The notes under the pieces are model-generated. The model had not been told where the DNA came from and made no database searches. It saw only the letters and a program-made list of their open reading frames with translations. Positions 20,474 through 29,338 of a stretch of 64,000 nt of DNA are shown here, in pieces; positions within the stretch are counted from its first letter, which is position 1, and the number at the start of each line of letters is the position of its first letter. Location: NCBI GenBank assembly GCA_963737065.1, contig CAVTRC010000002.1, positions 517,125 through 581,124 of the forward strand, in the 5' to 3' direction. The position numbers were made by a program, and so were the translations under genes. This DNA is from Candidatus Eremiobacteria bacterium. Its GTDB lineage: Bacteria; Vulcanimicrobiota; Vulcanimicrobiia; Vulcanimicrobiales; Vulcanimicrobiaceae.

Positions 20474-21115
20474 CTAGGGCTGCAAACGCCGGATTTTCCA
20501 TTCGCGCCCTTCGCGGATGTACTCCAAGCGGTCGTGCATGCGGTTCTCGCGACCTTGCCAGAATTCGAAACGGTCGGGCGCGATCACATATCCGCCCCAC
20601 GAATGCGGACGCGGAACGTCGTCGCCTTCGAAGCGTTCGGCAAAATCAACGAGGCGTTGGTCGAGCACGTCACGGCCTTCGACTGCTTCGCCTTGCTCCG
20701 ACGCCCACGCCGAGAGTTGGTGGCCGCGTGGGCGGGTTGCGAAATATGCGTCCGATTCATCCTCCGGCAATTGCGAAACCGTGCCTTCAACTCGCACTTG
20801 CCGGTGAATCGCAGGCCAGTAGAAGGTCGCCGCGGCGCGCGGATTCTCCGCGATCTGGCGCCCTTTCCGGCTTCCGTAAGACGTGAAGAACGCGAGTCCT
20901 CGTTCGTCCAGTCCGCGTAAGAGGACCATGCGCGCCGATACGCTGCCATCGCGACCAGCGGTTGCAATGCACATCGCATTGGCTTCCTGAATTGCAGGTG
21001 TTGCATACGCGAGTTCGAGCCATTTTCGCAGTTGATCCGTCGGGGTTTGTGACACCGCTGATTCGAGCAGTTCGCTGCCGCTGTCGTATGCCGCGCGGCT
21101 GGATTCCAAGTTCAC
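20474..21115 (-). CDS. pdxH: Pyridoxamine 5'-phosphate oxidase
   Basis: EANAMCIAT, SARMVLLRG, SRKG, RQVRVEG, YFATRP, WGGY, EFWQGRENRMHDR. Confidence 0.96.
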   Translation of the reverse strand: MNLESSRAAYDSGSELLESAVSQTPTDQLRKWLELAYATPAIQEANAMCIATAGRDGSVSARMVLLRGLDERGLAFFTSYGSRKGRQIAENPRAAATFYWPAIHRQVRVEGTVSQLPEDESDAYFATRPRGHQLSAWASEQGEAVEGRDVLDQRLVDFAERFEGDDVPRPHSWGGYVIAPDRFEFWQGRENRMHDRLEYIREGREWKIRRLQP

Positions 21116-22026
21116 GGTATTCTCCCCGTTGCAAAACCGGTAATCATCGCGAGCAGCAATAGCCCTCCGGCGGCAAACGCCAACGGCAATGACATCGCAA
21201 CCTCCCGATTTTGGAGCATCGTTACTCCGCCGAGGTGCGCGAGCGCAGACCGCAATTGCGAGGCGTTCTCCGCGCGCGCATATGCGCCTCCGCTTGCGTC
21301 CGCGTACGACTGCAGTGCAGCTTCATCGATCGTCGACTGCTCGCCGCCTATGACGTCTCCGTTGGGCGTTCCGATACCGATCGTATACACCGGGATATGA
21401 TGCGCGCCCAAGTATGAAGCCATCTGTTGCGGATCCGTACCCGCGTTGTTGACGCCGTCGGTGATCAAAATGACGACGCGGTGTCCGGCTGGGGGAAGGT
21501 TCTGCGCGGCAAGTTGCAATGCATCGCCGATTGCCGTTGCACCGTTGGGATTCGGAAGCTGATCGAGCGAAGACTTCACCGCGGTGTGATCCGGCGAGAG
21601 CGGCGCAATCACCGCCGCGCCGCTCGAAAATGCGATGATGCCGACGCGCGTTCCGGCAGGCGACGCGTCGATGAATGCCGCCGCTGCGGTTTTCGCGGCG
21701 CTCGCGCGCGTCGGCGCAACATCGGTCGACTCCATCGAGCCGGATGTGTCGATGCAGATGAAGACCGAGCCGTCGCGTGCAGGGACCGGCATGCGAACGT
21801 GCGGCCCGGCGACCGCGAGCGCACCGAGCGTAAGCGCGAGCATCCATAGTGCATTGAACGCGTGTCCGATCCACGCGCGCGGCGCGACGGCACCGGTAAA
21901 AAACGGTACGTTCGAATACACCAGATCGCGCGCGGAAATGCGCCGCTGAGCGGCAAGAAGCAACGCAGCTACCGCAACCGCCACAACAAGCGCCGGAATG
22001 AGATACGCGGGGCGATCGAAGTTCAC
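21112..22026 (-). CDS. vWA-domain membrane protein (BatA-like)
   Basis: GTG at 22026 overlaps the DUF58 stop; N-terminal TM pair, MIDAS DTSGSM, GATAIGDAL, LITDGVNN, C-terminal TM. Confidence 0.9.
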   Translation of the reverse strand: MNFDRPAYLIPALVVAVAVAALLLAAQRRISARDLVYSNVPFFTGAVAPRAWIGHAFNALWMLALTLGALAVAGPHVRMPVPARDGSVFICIDTSGSMESTDVAPTRASAAKTAAAAFIDASPAGTRVGIIAFSSGAAVIAPLSPDHTAVKSSLDQLPNPNGATAIGDALQLAAQNLPPAGHRVVILITDGVNNAGTDPQQMASYLGAHHIPVYTIGIGTPNGDVIGGEQSTIDEAALQSYADASGGAYARAENASQLRSALAHLGGVTMLQNREVAMSLPLAFAAGGLLLLAMITGFATGRIP

Positions 22027-22844
22027 ATCGGTTTGCGCTGCGCGCGCACATCCGCGTGCAACGCCTCCGTCAGGCCAAACGCGTCGAGTACACCGGCTGC
22101 TCCATCGCGTTCTTCGAGAATACCGGTTCGCCACCCAAGCGACCTGAACGATTCGCTGAGCTTCGCTTCGCGCGCTCGTAGCGCAGCGAGAAACGCGCGC
22201 CGCTCGCGCGCGCCGATCCACACCCGGACGCGACCCGACTCGGCGCCGCGGACCCGGACAAAACCCGAAAGCGGAAGCGTGTCGTACCACGGGTCGCGCG
22301 CCAGGAGCGCCGTGCAATCGCAGCGCGCGGCGAGCGACGCCAACAGATCGGTGTGGCGTTCGCTCAAATCAAACCAATCGCCGATTGCGAGAAGCGCCGC
22401 GCCGCGCGGCAAAACGGCGCGTGCGGTTAGCAGCGTTCGTTCGAGGTCGAATCGCGCGTCGAGCGGCACGCGCGGATGAACGACGAGTTCTGGTCCGATT
22501 CGCAACGTGCGGTCGCCGCCGGCCGCGCTCGAGTACCAGAGCTCCAGCGCTTCGCTCGCTGCGTCAAGCAGCGGACGTTTTCGGCCGACGCGCATCGAGG
22601 GAGAGTCATCGACGAATGCGGCGAGCGTCAGTGCGACGTCTTCAAGCACGACGCGCGTCTGTAAGTCGCCCGCGCGCGCCGTTGCCGCCCAATCGATACG
22701 CCGCACGTCGTCGCCGGGAACGTACGCGCGCAACTCGACGAATTCATATCCGTCGCCGCGATATGTCGTGGGAGAACCCGCTCCGAAGCGGCGCGGACGG
22801 CGTTTGCCGCGTAAGAGCGCTTCACGCAGCGTAAGCGACGCCAT
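22023..22844 (-). CDS. DUF58 family protein
   Basis: GYEFVELRAYVPGDDVRRIDWAATAR and DDSPSM motifs; downstream of a MoxR ATPase. Confidence 0.9.
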   Translation of the reverse strand: MASLTLREALLRGKRRPRRFGAGSPTTYRGDGYEFVELRAYVPGDDVRRIDWAATARAGDLQTRVVLEDVALTLAAFVDDSPSMRVGRKRPLLDAASEALELWYSSAAGGDRTLRIGPELVVHPRVPLDARFDLERTLLTARAVLPRGAALLAIGDWFDLSERHTDLLASLAARCDCTALLARDPWYDTLPLSGFVRVRGAESGRVRVWIGARERRAFLAALRAREAKLSESFRSLGWRTGILEERDGAAGVLDAFGLTEALHADVRAQRKPM

Positions 22845-23770
22845 TACGGCACCGGCACGCTCGCGATGATTCGATCGAGCACGAGCGACGGTCCAACGTT
22901 TTCCGTGGTTACCCGAAAGTTGAATCCGATCCGATGGCGCAGTGCGAGCGGTGCCACGGCGCGGACGTCGTCGGGGAGCACGAAATCGCGCTCGTCAAGC
23001 AGCGCTTTCGCGCGCGCGAGATGCGCGATTGCGAGCGTCGCTCGCGGGCTCGCGCCATAGTCGACATACTGCGTCTCGCGTTCGCGTGTCGCTGCGACCA
23101 GTTCGACGATATACCGCTTCAATGCGGCGTCCAAGTGGATCGCATGCGCCGCCTCGCGCCACGTACGCACGTCGGAGAGCGTCGCGACCGCATGCACCGG
23201 TTGCGTTTCCGCGACGGCGAAGCGTTCGAGTATTTCGAGCTCGTCCTCGCGGCTCGGATATGAAACGTCCACTTTGACGAGAAACCGGTCCATCTGCGCC
23301 GCGGGAAGCGCATAGGTGCCTTCGGCATCGAGCGGATTCATCGTTGCCATGACGAGAAACGGGTCGGGCAAAGCGTGCGTCTGCGGACCGATCGTCACTT
23401 GGCGTTCCTGCATTGCTTCGAGCAGCGCCGACTGAACTTTCGCGGGCGCGCGATTGATTTCATCGGCGAGCACGACGTTTGCAAAAACCGGTCCGAGCAC
23501 CGTTGAGAAACGACTCTCATGCTGGTCGAAAATCCGAGTGCCCACGATATCGCTGGGCAATAAGTCAGGCGTGAACTGAATGCGTTTGAACTCGCCGTCC
23601 AGAGCCGCTGCCAGCGCCCGGCACGCGAGCGTTTTTGCGAGGCCCGGCGGACCTTCGAGCAACACGTGACCGTTTGCGAGCAATCCGAGAATCAGCGCTT
23701 CCACCACGCCTTGCTGACCGACGATCGTGCGATGCAGCGCGCCGGCAAGGGCGCGCGGAGAACTCGTCAA
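22844..23770 (-). CDS. moxR: MoxR-family AAA+ ATPase
   Basis: GHVLLEGPPGLAKT, RIQFTPDLLPSD, LADEINRAPAKVQSALLEAMQE, EGTYALPAAQMDRF, GASPRA. Confidence 0.96.
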   Translation of the reverse strand: MTSSPRALAGALHRTIVGQQGVVEALILGLLANGHVLLEGPPGLAKTLACRALAAALDGEFKRIQFTPDLLPSDIVGTRIFDQHESRFSTVLGPVFANVVLADEINRAPAKVQSALLEAMQERQVTIGPQTHALPDPFLVMATMNPLDAEGTYALPAAQMDRFLVKVDVSYPSREDELEILERFAVAETQPVHAVATLSDVRTWREAAHAIHLDAALKRYIVELVAATRERETQYVDYGASPRATLAIAHLARAKALLDERDFVLPDDVRAVAPLALRHRIGFNFRVTTENVGPSLVLDRIIASVPVP

Positions 23771-24620
23771 GCTACAGATCCCACCATGTCGTTCAAGCGG
23801 TCGATCACGCGATCGATCGCGACGCCAAGGTCGCCGTCGTGCGTAAACGCCGCGCGTTCCAATGCGACCAGTAGGGCGCGCATCGGGCGCTCTTCCGGCT
23901 CGATTCGTCGCAGTACATCCGCCAGCGTTTCTTCATCGCTTGCGCCGACCATCTCACGCACCATCGTACGAACGCGCACGGCGTTTGGACGCGTTCGGTC
24001 GGCTTCGAGAACGGTTCGAGCGTCCCGCAACCGTTGCTCGCGCGTAACTTCCGCCGGCGCAGCGCGAACGGGCGGCGGTGGCGATGGCGGCGGCGAAGCA
24101 GGCATCGTGCGCCGGCGGCGCATCAGCAATCGCACGATGATTGCGGCGACCGCGAGAATCACCAGCCATCGCAAAAGCATAAAGGCAACGCCGCTCACGT
24201 CGTATGCGGCGGTCGCGCCCGCTATGCCGCCACCGACGGCGAGCGACAAGCGAGTTCGATGAATAGCGTTTTGCTTTGCCGTCGCGCGCGTCGATTGCGT
24301 CGAGCGTCGCCGGCGCAATCGAGATGACGCCGCTATGATGCGCCACGACGCGGATCCGCTCGGTATACGTCGTACCGCTCGCATCGTTTACGAGCGAATG
24401 TTCGTCGCCCAGAAGTTCAACTCCGCCAGGTACGGCAGATCGAGGTTGCGCAGTTCGACGATGCGCTCGCGAACCGTGCGCAGTGACGATGAGGTCGAAC
24501 GCAACTTCGAGCTTCGGCGTTGACGTATCGGCGGAAAGCGTCAACTGTGTGACGGTCAGACGTTGCAGATCTTGCGCGGATGCGGGCGCGGAGCAATCCG
24601 ACCGCGCAGCAAATCATCGC
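23767..24620 (-). pseudogene. BatD-like secreted/membrane accessory protein, broken by several indels (possibly sequencing errors)
   Basis: Pieces in different frames join to a signal peptide + LTLSADTSTP...ELLGDE...ISIAPATLDAID + TM + Pro-rich linker + helical tail; an internal out-of-frame segment VRERIVELRNLDLPYLAEL indicates compensating indels. Confidence 0.55.
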
Positions 24621-24628
24621 AGCGCGGT

Positions 24629-25708
24629 CTAACGCACGGAAGAAAGCCACTCGGCAAAGAGCCGCCGCGCATCGAACGGACCGGGCGAGGCTTCCGGATG
24701 AAACTGCACGGCCGCGACGGGAAGCGCGCGGTGACGAAATCCTTCGTTCGTGCCGTCGTTCAAGTTCGTCATCGTTTCTTCCAAATCGACGGGCAACGTG
24801 CGGCTATCGACCGCGTAGCCGTGGTTGTGCGCGGTGATCAGCACGTTGTCGCGCGTGCGGTCCTTGACCGGCTGATTACCGCCGCGGTGGCCGTATGGCA
24901 ATTTGTACGTCTTCGCTCCGCACGCGAGCGCGAGCAGTTGGTGACCCAAACAGACGCCGAAGAGCGGTTTGCGCCCGAGTAACGCGCGCAGCGTCTCGAT
25001 CGTTTCCGGCAAATCCGTCGGGTCGCCGGGACCGGGCGAGATGAAGATTGCGTCGGGATCGTCTTGTAGAAGTTCTTCTTCCGTCGCATTGTATGGCACG
25101 ACGGTCACTTCGCTGCCGAGCGCCGTTAACTCGCGGAGGATTGCTTTTTTCACGCCGCAATCGATCAACGTGACCCGCTTGCCGCCGGACGCGCCTTCCA
25201 CGTGGCGCTCGCGCACCGCAACGCTCGGCACGAGCTCTTTCGTCGTCGCGTGGCGCACGAACTGAGCCAGTTCTCGTTCCGCGCGCTCGAGTGCGTCCTC
25301 ACCGACCGCGAGCACCGACCAGATCGTCCCGTGTTCACGCAGCGCGATCGTGATCGCGCGCGTATCGGCACCAATGAGCGCCGGAATACGCTGCTCGTCG
25401 AGCCATGACGGCAGATCGGCTTTCGCGAGATAGTGGGACGGACGATACGCGATCTGTTTGATGACCGTTCCGGCGACGCATGCGCGCGGATACTGCGCGG
25501 CGCTTCCCGAGATGCCGTAGTTTCCGATCAGCGGATACGTAAATGTCAGAATCTGTCCGGCATACGACGGATCCGTCAGCGCTTCTTCATAGCCGGTCAT
25601 TCCCGTGTAAAAAACGGCTTCGCCGAAAGCGAGGCCGTGAAATTCAAGCCCGTGACCGTCGAATCGCGAACCGTCGGCGAGAAAGAGCGCTGCGGGCGTT
25701 GTGGTCAT
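24629..25708 (-). CDS. carA: Carbamoyl-phosphate synthase small subunit
   Basis: GEAVFYTGMTGYEE..TDPSY, YPLIGNYG, SPGPGDP, GVCLGHQ catalytic Cys, QFHPE; ATG at 25708 with GGAG RBS. Confidence 0.97.
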   Translation of the reverse strand: MTTTPAALFLADGSRFDGHGLEFHGLAFGEAVFYTGMTGYEEALTDPSYAGQILTFTYPLIGNYGISGSAAQYPRACVAGTVIKQIAYRPSHYLAKADLPSWLDEQRIPALIGADTRAITIALREHGTIWSVLAVGEDALERAERELAQFVRHATTKELVPSVAVRERHVEGASGGKRVTLIDCGVKKAILRELTALGSEVTVVPYNATEEELLQDDPDAIFISPGPGDPTDLPETIETLRALLGRKPLFGVCLGHQLLALACGAKTYKLPYGHRGGNQPVKDRTRDNVLITAHNHGYAVDSRTLPVDLEETMTNLNDGTNEGFRHRALPVAAVQFHPEASPGPFDARRLFAEWLSSVR

Positions 25709-25768
25709 CCTGAAGGCTCCCTCGTTGGCCGAAGGGGCGGCGCACACCTGGAAATAACGGCGAGCGCT

Positions 25769-26401
25769 ATGGACTGGCACTTCGCCGCGACGGCCTTTGC
25801 GACGGCGGTGACGATCATCGACCCAATCGGCATGATTCCGTTGACGGTGACGTCGACGTCAAACTGCGCGCCGCATAAACGCGGACGTATCGTCGATCAA
25901 GCCGTGTTCGTCGCCGCAATGGTCATGCTCGTCATGGGAATCATCGGGCCGGCGGTGCTCGAGTATCTTGGCATCACGCTGCCGGCCTTCGGCATCGCGG
26001 GCGGAATCTTGCTCTTCCTGATCGCGATCGACATGCTTTTCGCGCGTCCGCCCCGCACGCGAGCGACGAGCGTCGAAGAGCGCGAAGCACAGACGGGCGA
26101 CAATCCCGCGGTGTTCCCGCTCGCAATTCCGATGATCGCGGGTCCCGGTACGCTTGCGTCGGTGTTTCTCCTCGTCAACCTCGCTCGCGGTAGTTTCGCC
26201 CGCTACGCCATCGTGGTCATCGCGTATGGACTCGCGCTCGCGATCGCGTGGCTCTGCATGCGCGGCGCCGCGCGGTACATGCATCGTATCGGCACCACCG
26301 GCATTCACGTGGTCTCGCGTGTGCTCGGCATCATTCTGGCCGCACTCGCCGTGCAATTCGTCATCAACGGCTTGGTACAAACGCCGCTGATCCATCGGTA
26401 A
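25769..26401 (+). CDS. MarC family membrane protein
   Basis: IIDPIG, GITLPAFGIAGGILL, VFPLAIPMIAGPG, RVLGIILAALAVQF; probable start ATG 25769. Confidence 0.92.
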   Translation: MDWHFAATAFATAVTIIDPIGMIPLTVTSTSNCAPHKRGRIVDQAVFVAAMVMLVMGIIGPAVLEYLGITLPAFGIAGGILLFLIAIDMLFARPPRTRATSVEEREAQTGDNPAVFPLAIPMIAGPGTLASVFLLVNLARGSFARYAIVVIAYGLALAIAWLCMRGAARYMHRIGTTGIHVVSRVLGIILAALAVQFVINGLVQTPLIHR

Positions 26402-26429
26402 AGTAGCTAAAATACGTCCGGCAAGTCGC

Positions 26430-27686
26430 CTACACGTTGACGAGCCGGCCACCGACGATCGTCGCGATCGCGCGACGCGGCAGTTCCCAGCCGGCGAACG
26501 GCGTCGCTTTTCCTTTCGATACGAATTTCGTTGGATCGACCCGCCACGGCCGGTCGGCGAAGATCGTCACGTCAGCCGGTGAACCGGCTGCAAGCGTCCC
26601 GCCCGGCACACCGAGAATGCGAGCCGGATTCGTGGAGAGCAATTCGATAAAGCGTAGCATCGAGAGATCGGGCATCGCGCGGGAATACGCGCCAATCGCC
26701 ACTTCGAGCCCGGTGAATCCGACGGCCGCGTGCTGGAGATCGCCGCATTTCTCGGCGAACGTGTGCGGCGCGTGATCGGTCGCGAACGCGTCGATCGTCC
26801 CGTCGCGAACCGCATCGCGCAAGATGCGCGCGTCATCTTCCGTCCGCAGCGGTGGATTGACTTTCCCTTCGGCCCCGCGCTCGCGCACGGTTTCATCGGT
26901 AAGCAGCAAATGATGTGGCGTCACTTCGGCCGTCGCCCGGCCGCCATGCGCACGCGCGTGCAGTAAAGCGTCGAGCGCGCCGCGCGTCGAGAGGTGCGCG
27001 ATGTGCCAATCCTTTCCGGTCTCCGCACCGATCAATAAATCGCGCGCAACGATAACATCTTCCGCGACCGCGGGGCTCCCCACAACACCGAGCGCGCGCG
27101 AGACGGCGCCTTCGTTCATGACCGCGCTGCCTTTGAGATCTTCATCTTCGGCATGTGAGATGAAGACGCCGCGCACGTCACGCGCCTCAAGCGCGGCATC
27201 GCGAAGCACGCGCGCGTTCATCACCGTGTTCCCGTCATCCGAAAATGCGACCGCACCCGCGCGCGAAAGCGCCGCGAAATCAACGGCTACTTCACCTCTG
27301 CGGCCGCGCGTGATTGCTCCGACGGGGTAGACACGAACGACGGCATCGCGCGCAATTCGTTCCGCAAGGTCGCGCAGCACAACCGCTTCGTCTAATGCCG
27401 GGTTGGTATTCGGCATACACGCGACCGCCGTGAATCCCCCGCGCGCCGCAGCACGCGTACCCGTTGCAATCGTTTCTTTCTCGGGATAGCCCGGCTCGCG
27501 CAAATGCACGTGCATATCAATAAACCCCGGCGCCACGACCGCGCCGGAAGCATCGATCACTTCCTCGTCATCACGCGAAACGAGATGATCGCCGATTTCA
27601 ACAATCAGTCCGTTCTCAATTCGCACGTCACGCAACGCGTCAAGCGGCCCCGCCGGATCCACAACCCGCCCGCCCCAAATAAGCAT
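26430..27686 (-). CDS. pyrC: Dihydroorotase (type I)
   Basis: PGFIDMHVHLREPG, CMPNTNP, FSDDG, EVTPHHL, KVNPPLR, ATDHAPH. Confidence 0.96.
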   Translation of the reverse strand: MLIWGGRVVDPAGPLDALRDVRIENGLIVEIGDHLVSRDDEEVIDASGAVVAPGFIDMHVHLREPGYPEKETIATGTRAAARGGFTAVACMPNTNPALDEAVVLRDLAERIARDAVVRVYPVGAITRGRRGEVAVDFAALSRAGAVAFSDDGNTVMNARVLRDAALEARDVRGVFISHAEDEDLKGSAVMNEGAVSRALGVVGSPAVAEDVIVARDLLIGAETGKDWHIAHLSTRGALDALLHARAHGGRATAEVTPHHLLLTDETVRERGAEGKVNPPLRTEDDARILRDAVRDGTIDAFATDHAPHTFAEKCGDLQHAAVGFTGLEVAIGAYSRAMPDLSMLRFIELLSTNPARILGVPGGTLAAGSPADVTIFADRPWRVDPTKFVSKGKATPFAGWELPRRAIATIVGGRLVNV

Positions 27687-27699
27687 CTAAACAAACGCG

Positions 27700-27882
27700 G
27701 ATAGTTTCAGGGTGTGTTGTTGGTTCGTTCTCCTCGGAAATTTGCAACTTTTTCGGCCTTCACAGGAAGTGAACTCCAAAACTTCGTTCTGCCGAAAAAG
27801 TGCGTAAGCGGAAAATCCGCACGAAGCGGATTTTCCAGCGCTTTCCGAGGAGAGCGAACCAACAACACACCCTGAAACTATC
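27700..27882. repeat. 183-bp non-coding element with 41-bp terminal inverted repeats and internal hairpins (MITE/REP-like or structured RNA)
   Basis: 27700-27740 GATAGTTTCAGGGTGTGTTGTTGGTTCGTTCTCCTCGGAAA is the reverse complement of 27842-27882 with 1 mismatch; internal stems ACTTTTTCGGC/GCCGAAAAAGT and GGAAAATCCGC/GCGGATTTTCC. Confidence 0.85.
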
Positions 27883-27913
27883 ACGCCACCCCACCCATCA
27901 CGCCACCCCACCC
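27880..27913. repeat. 17-bp tandem duplication ATCACGCCACCCCACCC covering the pyrB stop
   Basis: Exact copies at 27880-27896 and 27897-27913. Confidence 0.85.
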
Positions 27914-28827
27914 GCGCCGTTCACAAGAAAGTCGAGCACTGCCATGCGAATGAAAACGCCATGGTGCACCTGCATCGCATATCGCCACCCCGCGAAGGCG
28001 AGGACGCTATCGTCGAGTTCCATTCCGCGATTGTAGGGGCCGGGGTGCATGACGATCGTGCGTTCCGGCACGCAGTTGAGACGTTCGCCGTTCAGCTGGA
28101 AGCGTGCGACGTACTCTTCGTCGCTCATGGGCATTGCGATGAAGCGCTCGCGCTGAATGCGCAGCAGCATGATCGCGTCGACCCGGGTGATCACGTCGTC
28201 GAGATCACGCGAGATCGTCACACCGTCGCGAGTGTAGTCTCCGGGAAGAAAAAACTCGGGCCCGACGAGTACGACGTTGGCCCCCATCGATCGTAATCCG
28301 GCGATCGTGGAGTGCGCGACACGTGAATGCAGGATGTCGCCGACGATCGCGATCGTGAGCCCTTCGATGCGCCCGAACTCTTCGCGCAGCGTGAAAATAT
28401 CGAGCAGCGCTTGCGTGGGATGCGCATGAGCTCCGTCACCGGCATTGATCACATGCCCGTCGAAGCTACTTGCAACGCGCGTAGGAAAACCGGGTTCGGG
28501 ATGCCGGACGACGACGACCCCGATACCCATCGCGGCAAGCGTGACAACGGTATCTTCGATCGTTTCGCCTTTGGTCGCGAGGCTCAGTTCATTCGGCGAC
28601 AGATTCACCACGTGCGCGCCAAGACGCATTTGCGCCAAGTTGAATGACGTGAACGTGCGTGTGCTTTGCTCGAAGAACAGATTGACCACCGCTGCGCCGC
28701 CGAGGAGCGGCCCTGGGCTTCGCGTCTCGAACGCGCGCGTTCTATCGAAGATGTAGTCGAGCTCTTCGCCGCTGAGATCGCTGAGATCGATCAGGCTACG
28801 GCGCAGCCGCAAGGACCGCCACCTCAT
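27898..28827 (-). CDS. pyrB: Aspartate carbamoyltransferase catalytic subunit
   Basis: FFEQSTRT, KGETIEDT, INAGDG.HAHPTQALLD, GDILHSRV, LRIQRER, MHPGPYNRG; exact start uncertain. Confidence 0.96.
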   Translation of the reverse strand: MRWRSLRLRRSLIDLSDLSGEELDYIFDRTRAFETRSPGPLLGGAAVVNLFFEQSTRTFTSFNLAQMRLGAHVVNLSPNELSLATKGETIEDTVVTLAAMGIGVVVVRHPEPGFPTRVASSFDGHVINAGDGAHAHPTQALLDIFTLREEFGRIEGLTIAIVGDILHSRVAHSTIAGLRSMGANVVLVGPEFFLPGDYTRDGVTISRDLDDVITRVDAIMLLRIQRERFIAMPMSDEEYVARFQLNGERLNCVPERTIVMHPGPYNRGMELDDSVLAFAGWRYAMQVHHGVFIRMAVLDFLVNGAGGVA

Positions 28828-29338
28828 CGGCCGGTGCTTGTAGACCGGAGAGCGACACTTTGATGCGCTCCCGCCGGCTGGTCGGTATCGTGCGGCCTAC
28901 GTAGTCGGGCTGCACCGGTAACTCACGTAACCCGCGATCGACGAGCACGCAGAGACGTATCGCGGCAGGCCGGCCGAGATCGGTGACGGCATCCAGCGCT
29001 GCGCGGATCGTGCGTCCGGTAAAGAGGACGTCGTCGACGATGACGACCAAACGCCCGTTGATGTCGACCGGGATCTGCGATTCCGGCATTTCGTGCGTCA
29101 CCCGGTCGTCGCGGTACAGATTGATATTCAAGAATCCGAGCGTCGAAGCTTTGCCGCTGATGCGCTCGACCTCGCTTGCGAGGCGTCGCGCGAGCGCTTC
29201 GCCGCCGCGCCGCACGCCGATGAGCACGACGCCGGCTTGTGCGTCGTCAGGTTCCAGAATCTGATGCGCGAGCCGCGCGATGACGCGCGCGATCTCGCTG
29301 CTTCCGATGAGAACGCGGCCGTCCTGCGCCGTCGTCAT
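28796..29338 (-). CDS. pyrR: Bifunctional pyr operon regulator / uracil phosphoribosyltransferase
   Basis: LYRDD, VDDVLFTGRTIRAALDA PRPP motif, VLVDRGLRELPVQPDYVG. Confidence 0.95.
   Translation of the reverse strand: MTTAQDGRVLIGSSEIARVIARLAHQILEPDDAQAGVVLIGVRRGGEALARRLASEVERISGKASTLGFLNINLYRDDRVTHEMPESQIPVDINGRLVVIVDDVLFTGRTIRAALDAVTDLGRPAAIRLCVLVDRGLRELPVQPDYVGRTIPTSRRERIKVSLSGLQAPADEVAVLAAAP

Noticed and set aside
22027..22317. N-terminal extension of the vWA ORF
   Set aside because: Overlaps DUF58; GTG at 22026 coupled to the DUF58 stop is the plausible start
25433..25768. N-terminal extension of MarC (and of carA to 25780)
   Set aside because: Overlaps the divergent gene; family homology starts at 25769 and 25708 respectively
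27745..27805. Canonical PyrR attenuator
   Set aside because: Only a loose match to the binding loop, no clear terminator/antiterminator pair, and embedded in long terminal repeats; kept only as an alternative hypothesis
27687..27911. 74-aa ORF across the pyrB-pyrC gap
   Set aside because: Lies on the inverted-repeat element; no RBS or protein-like features
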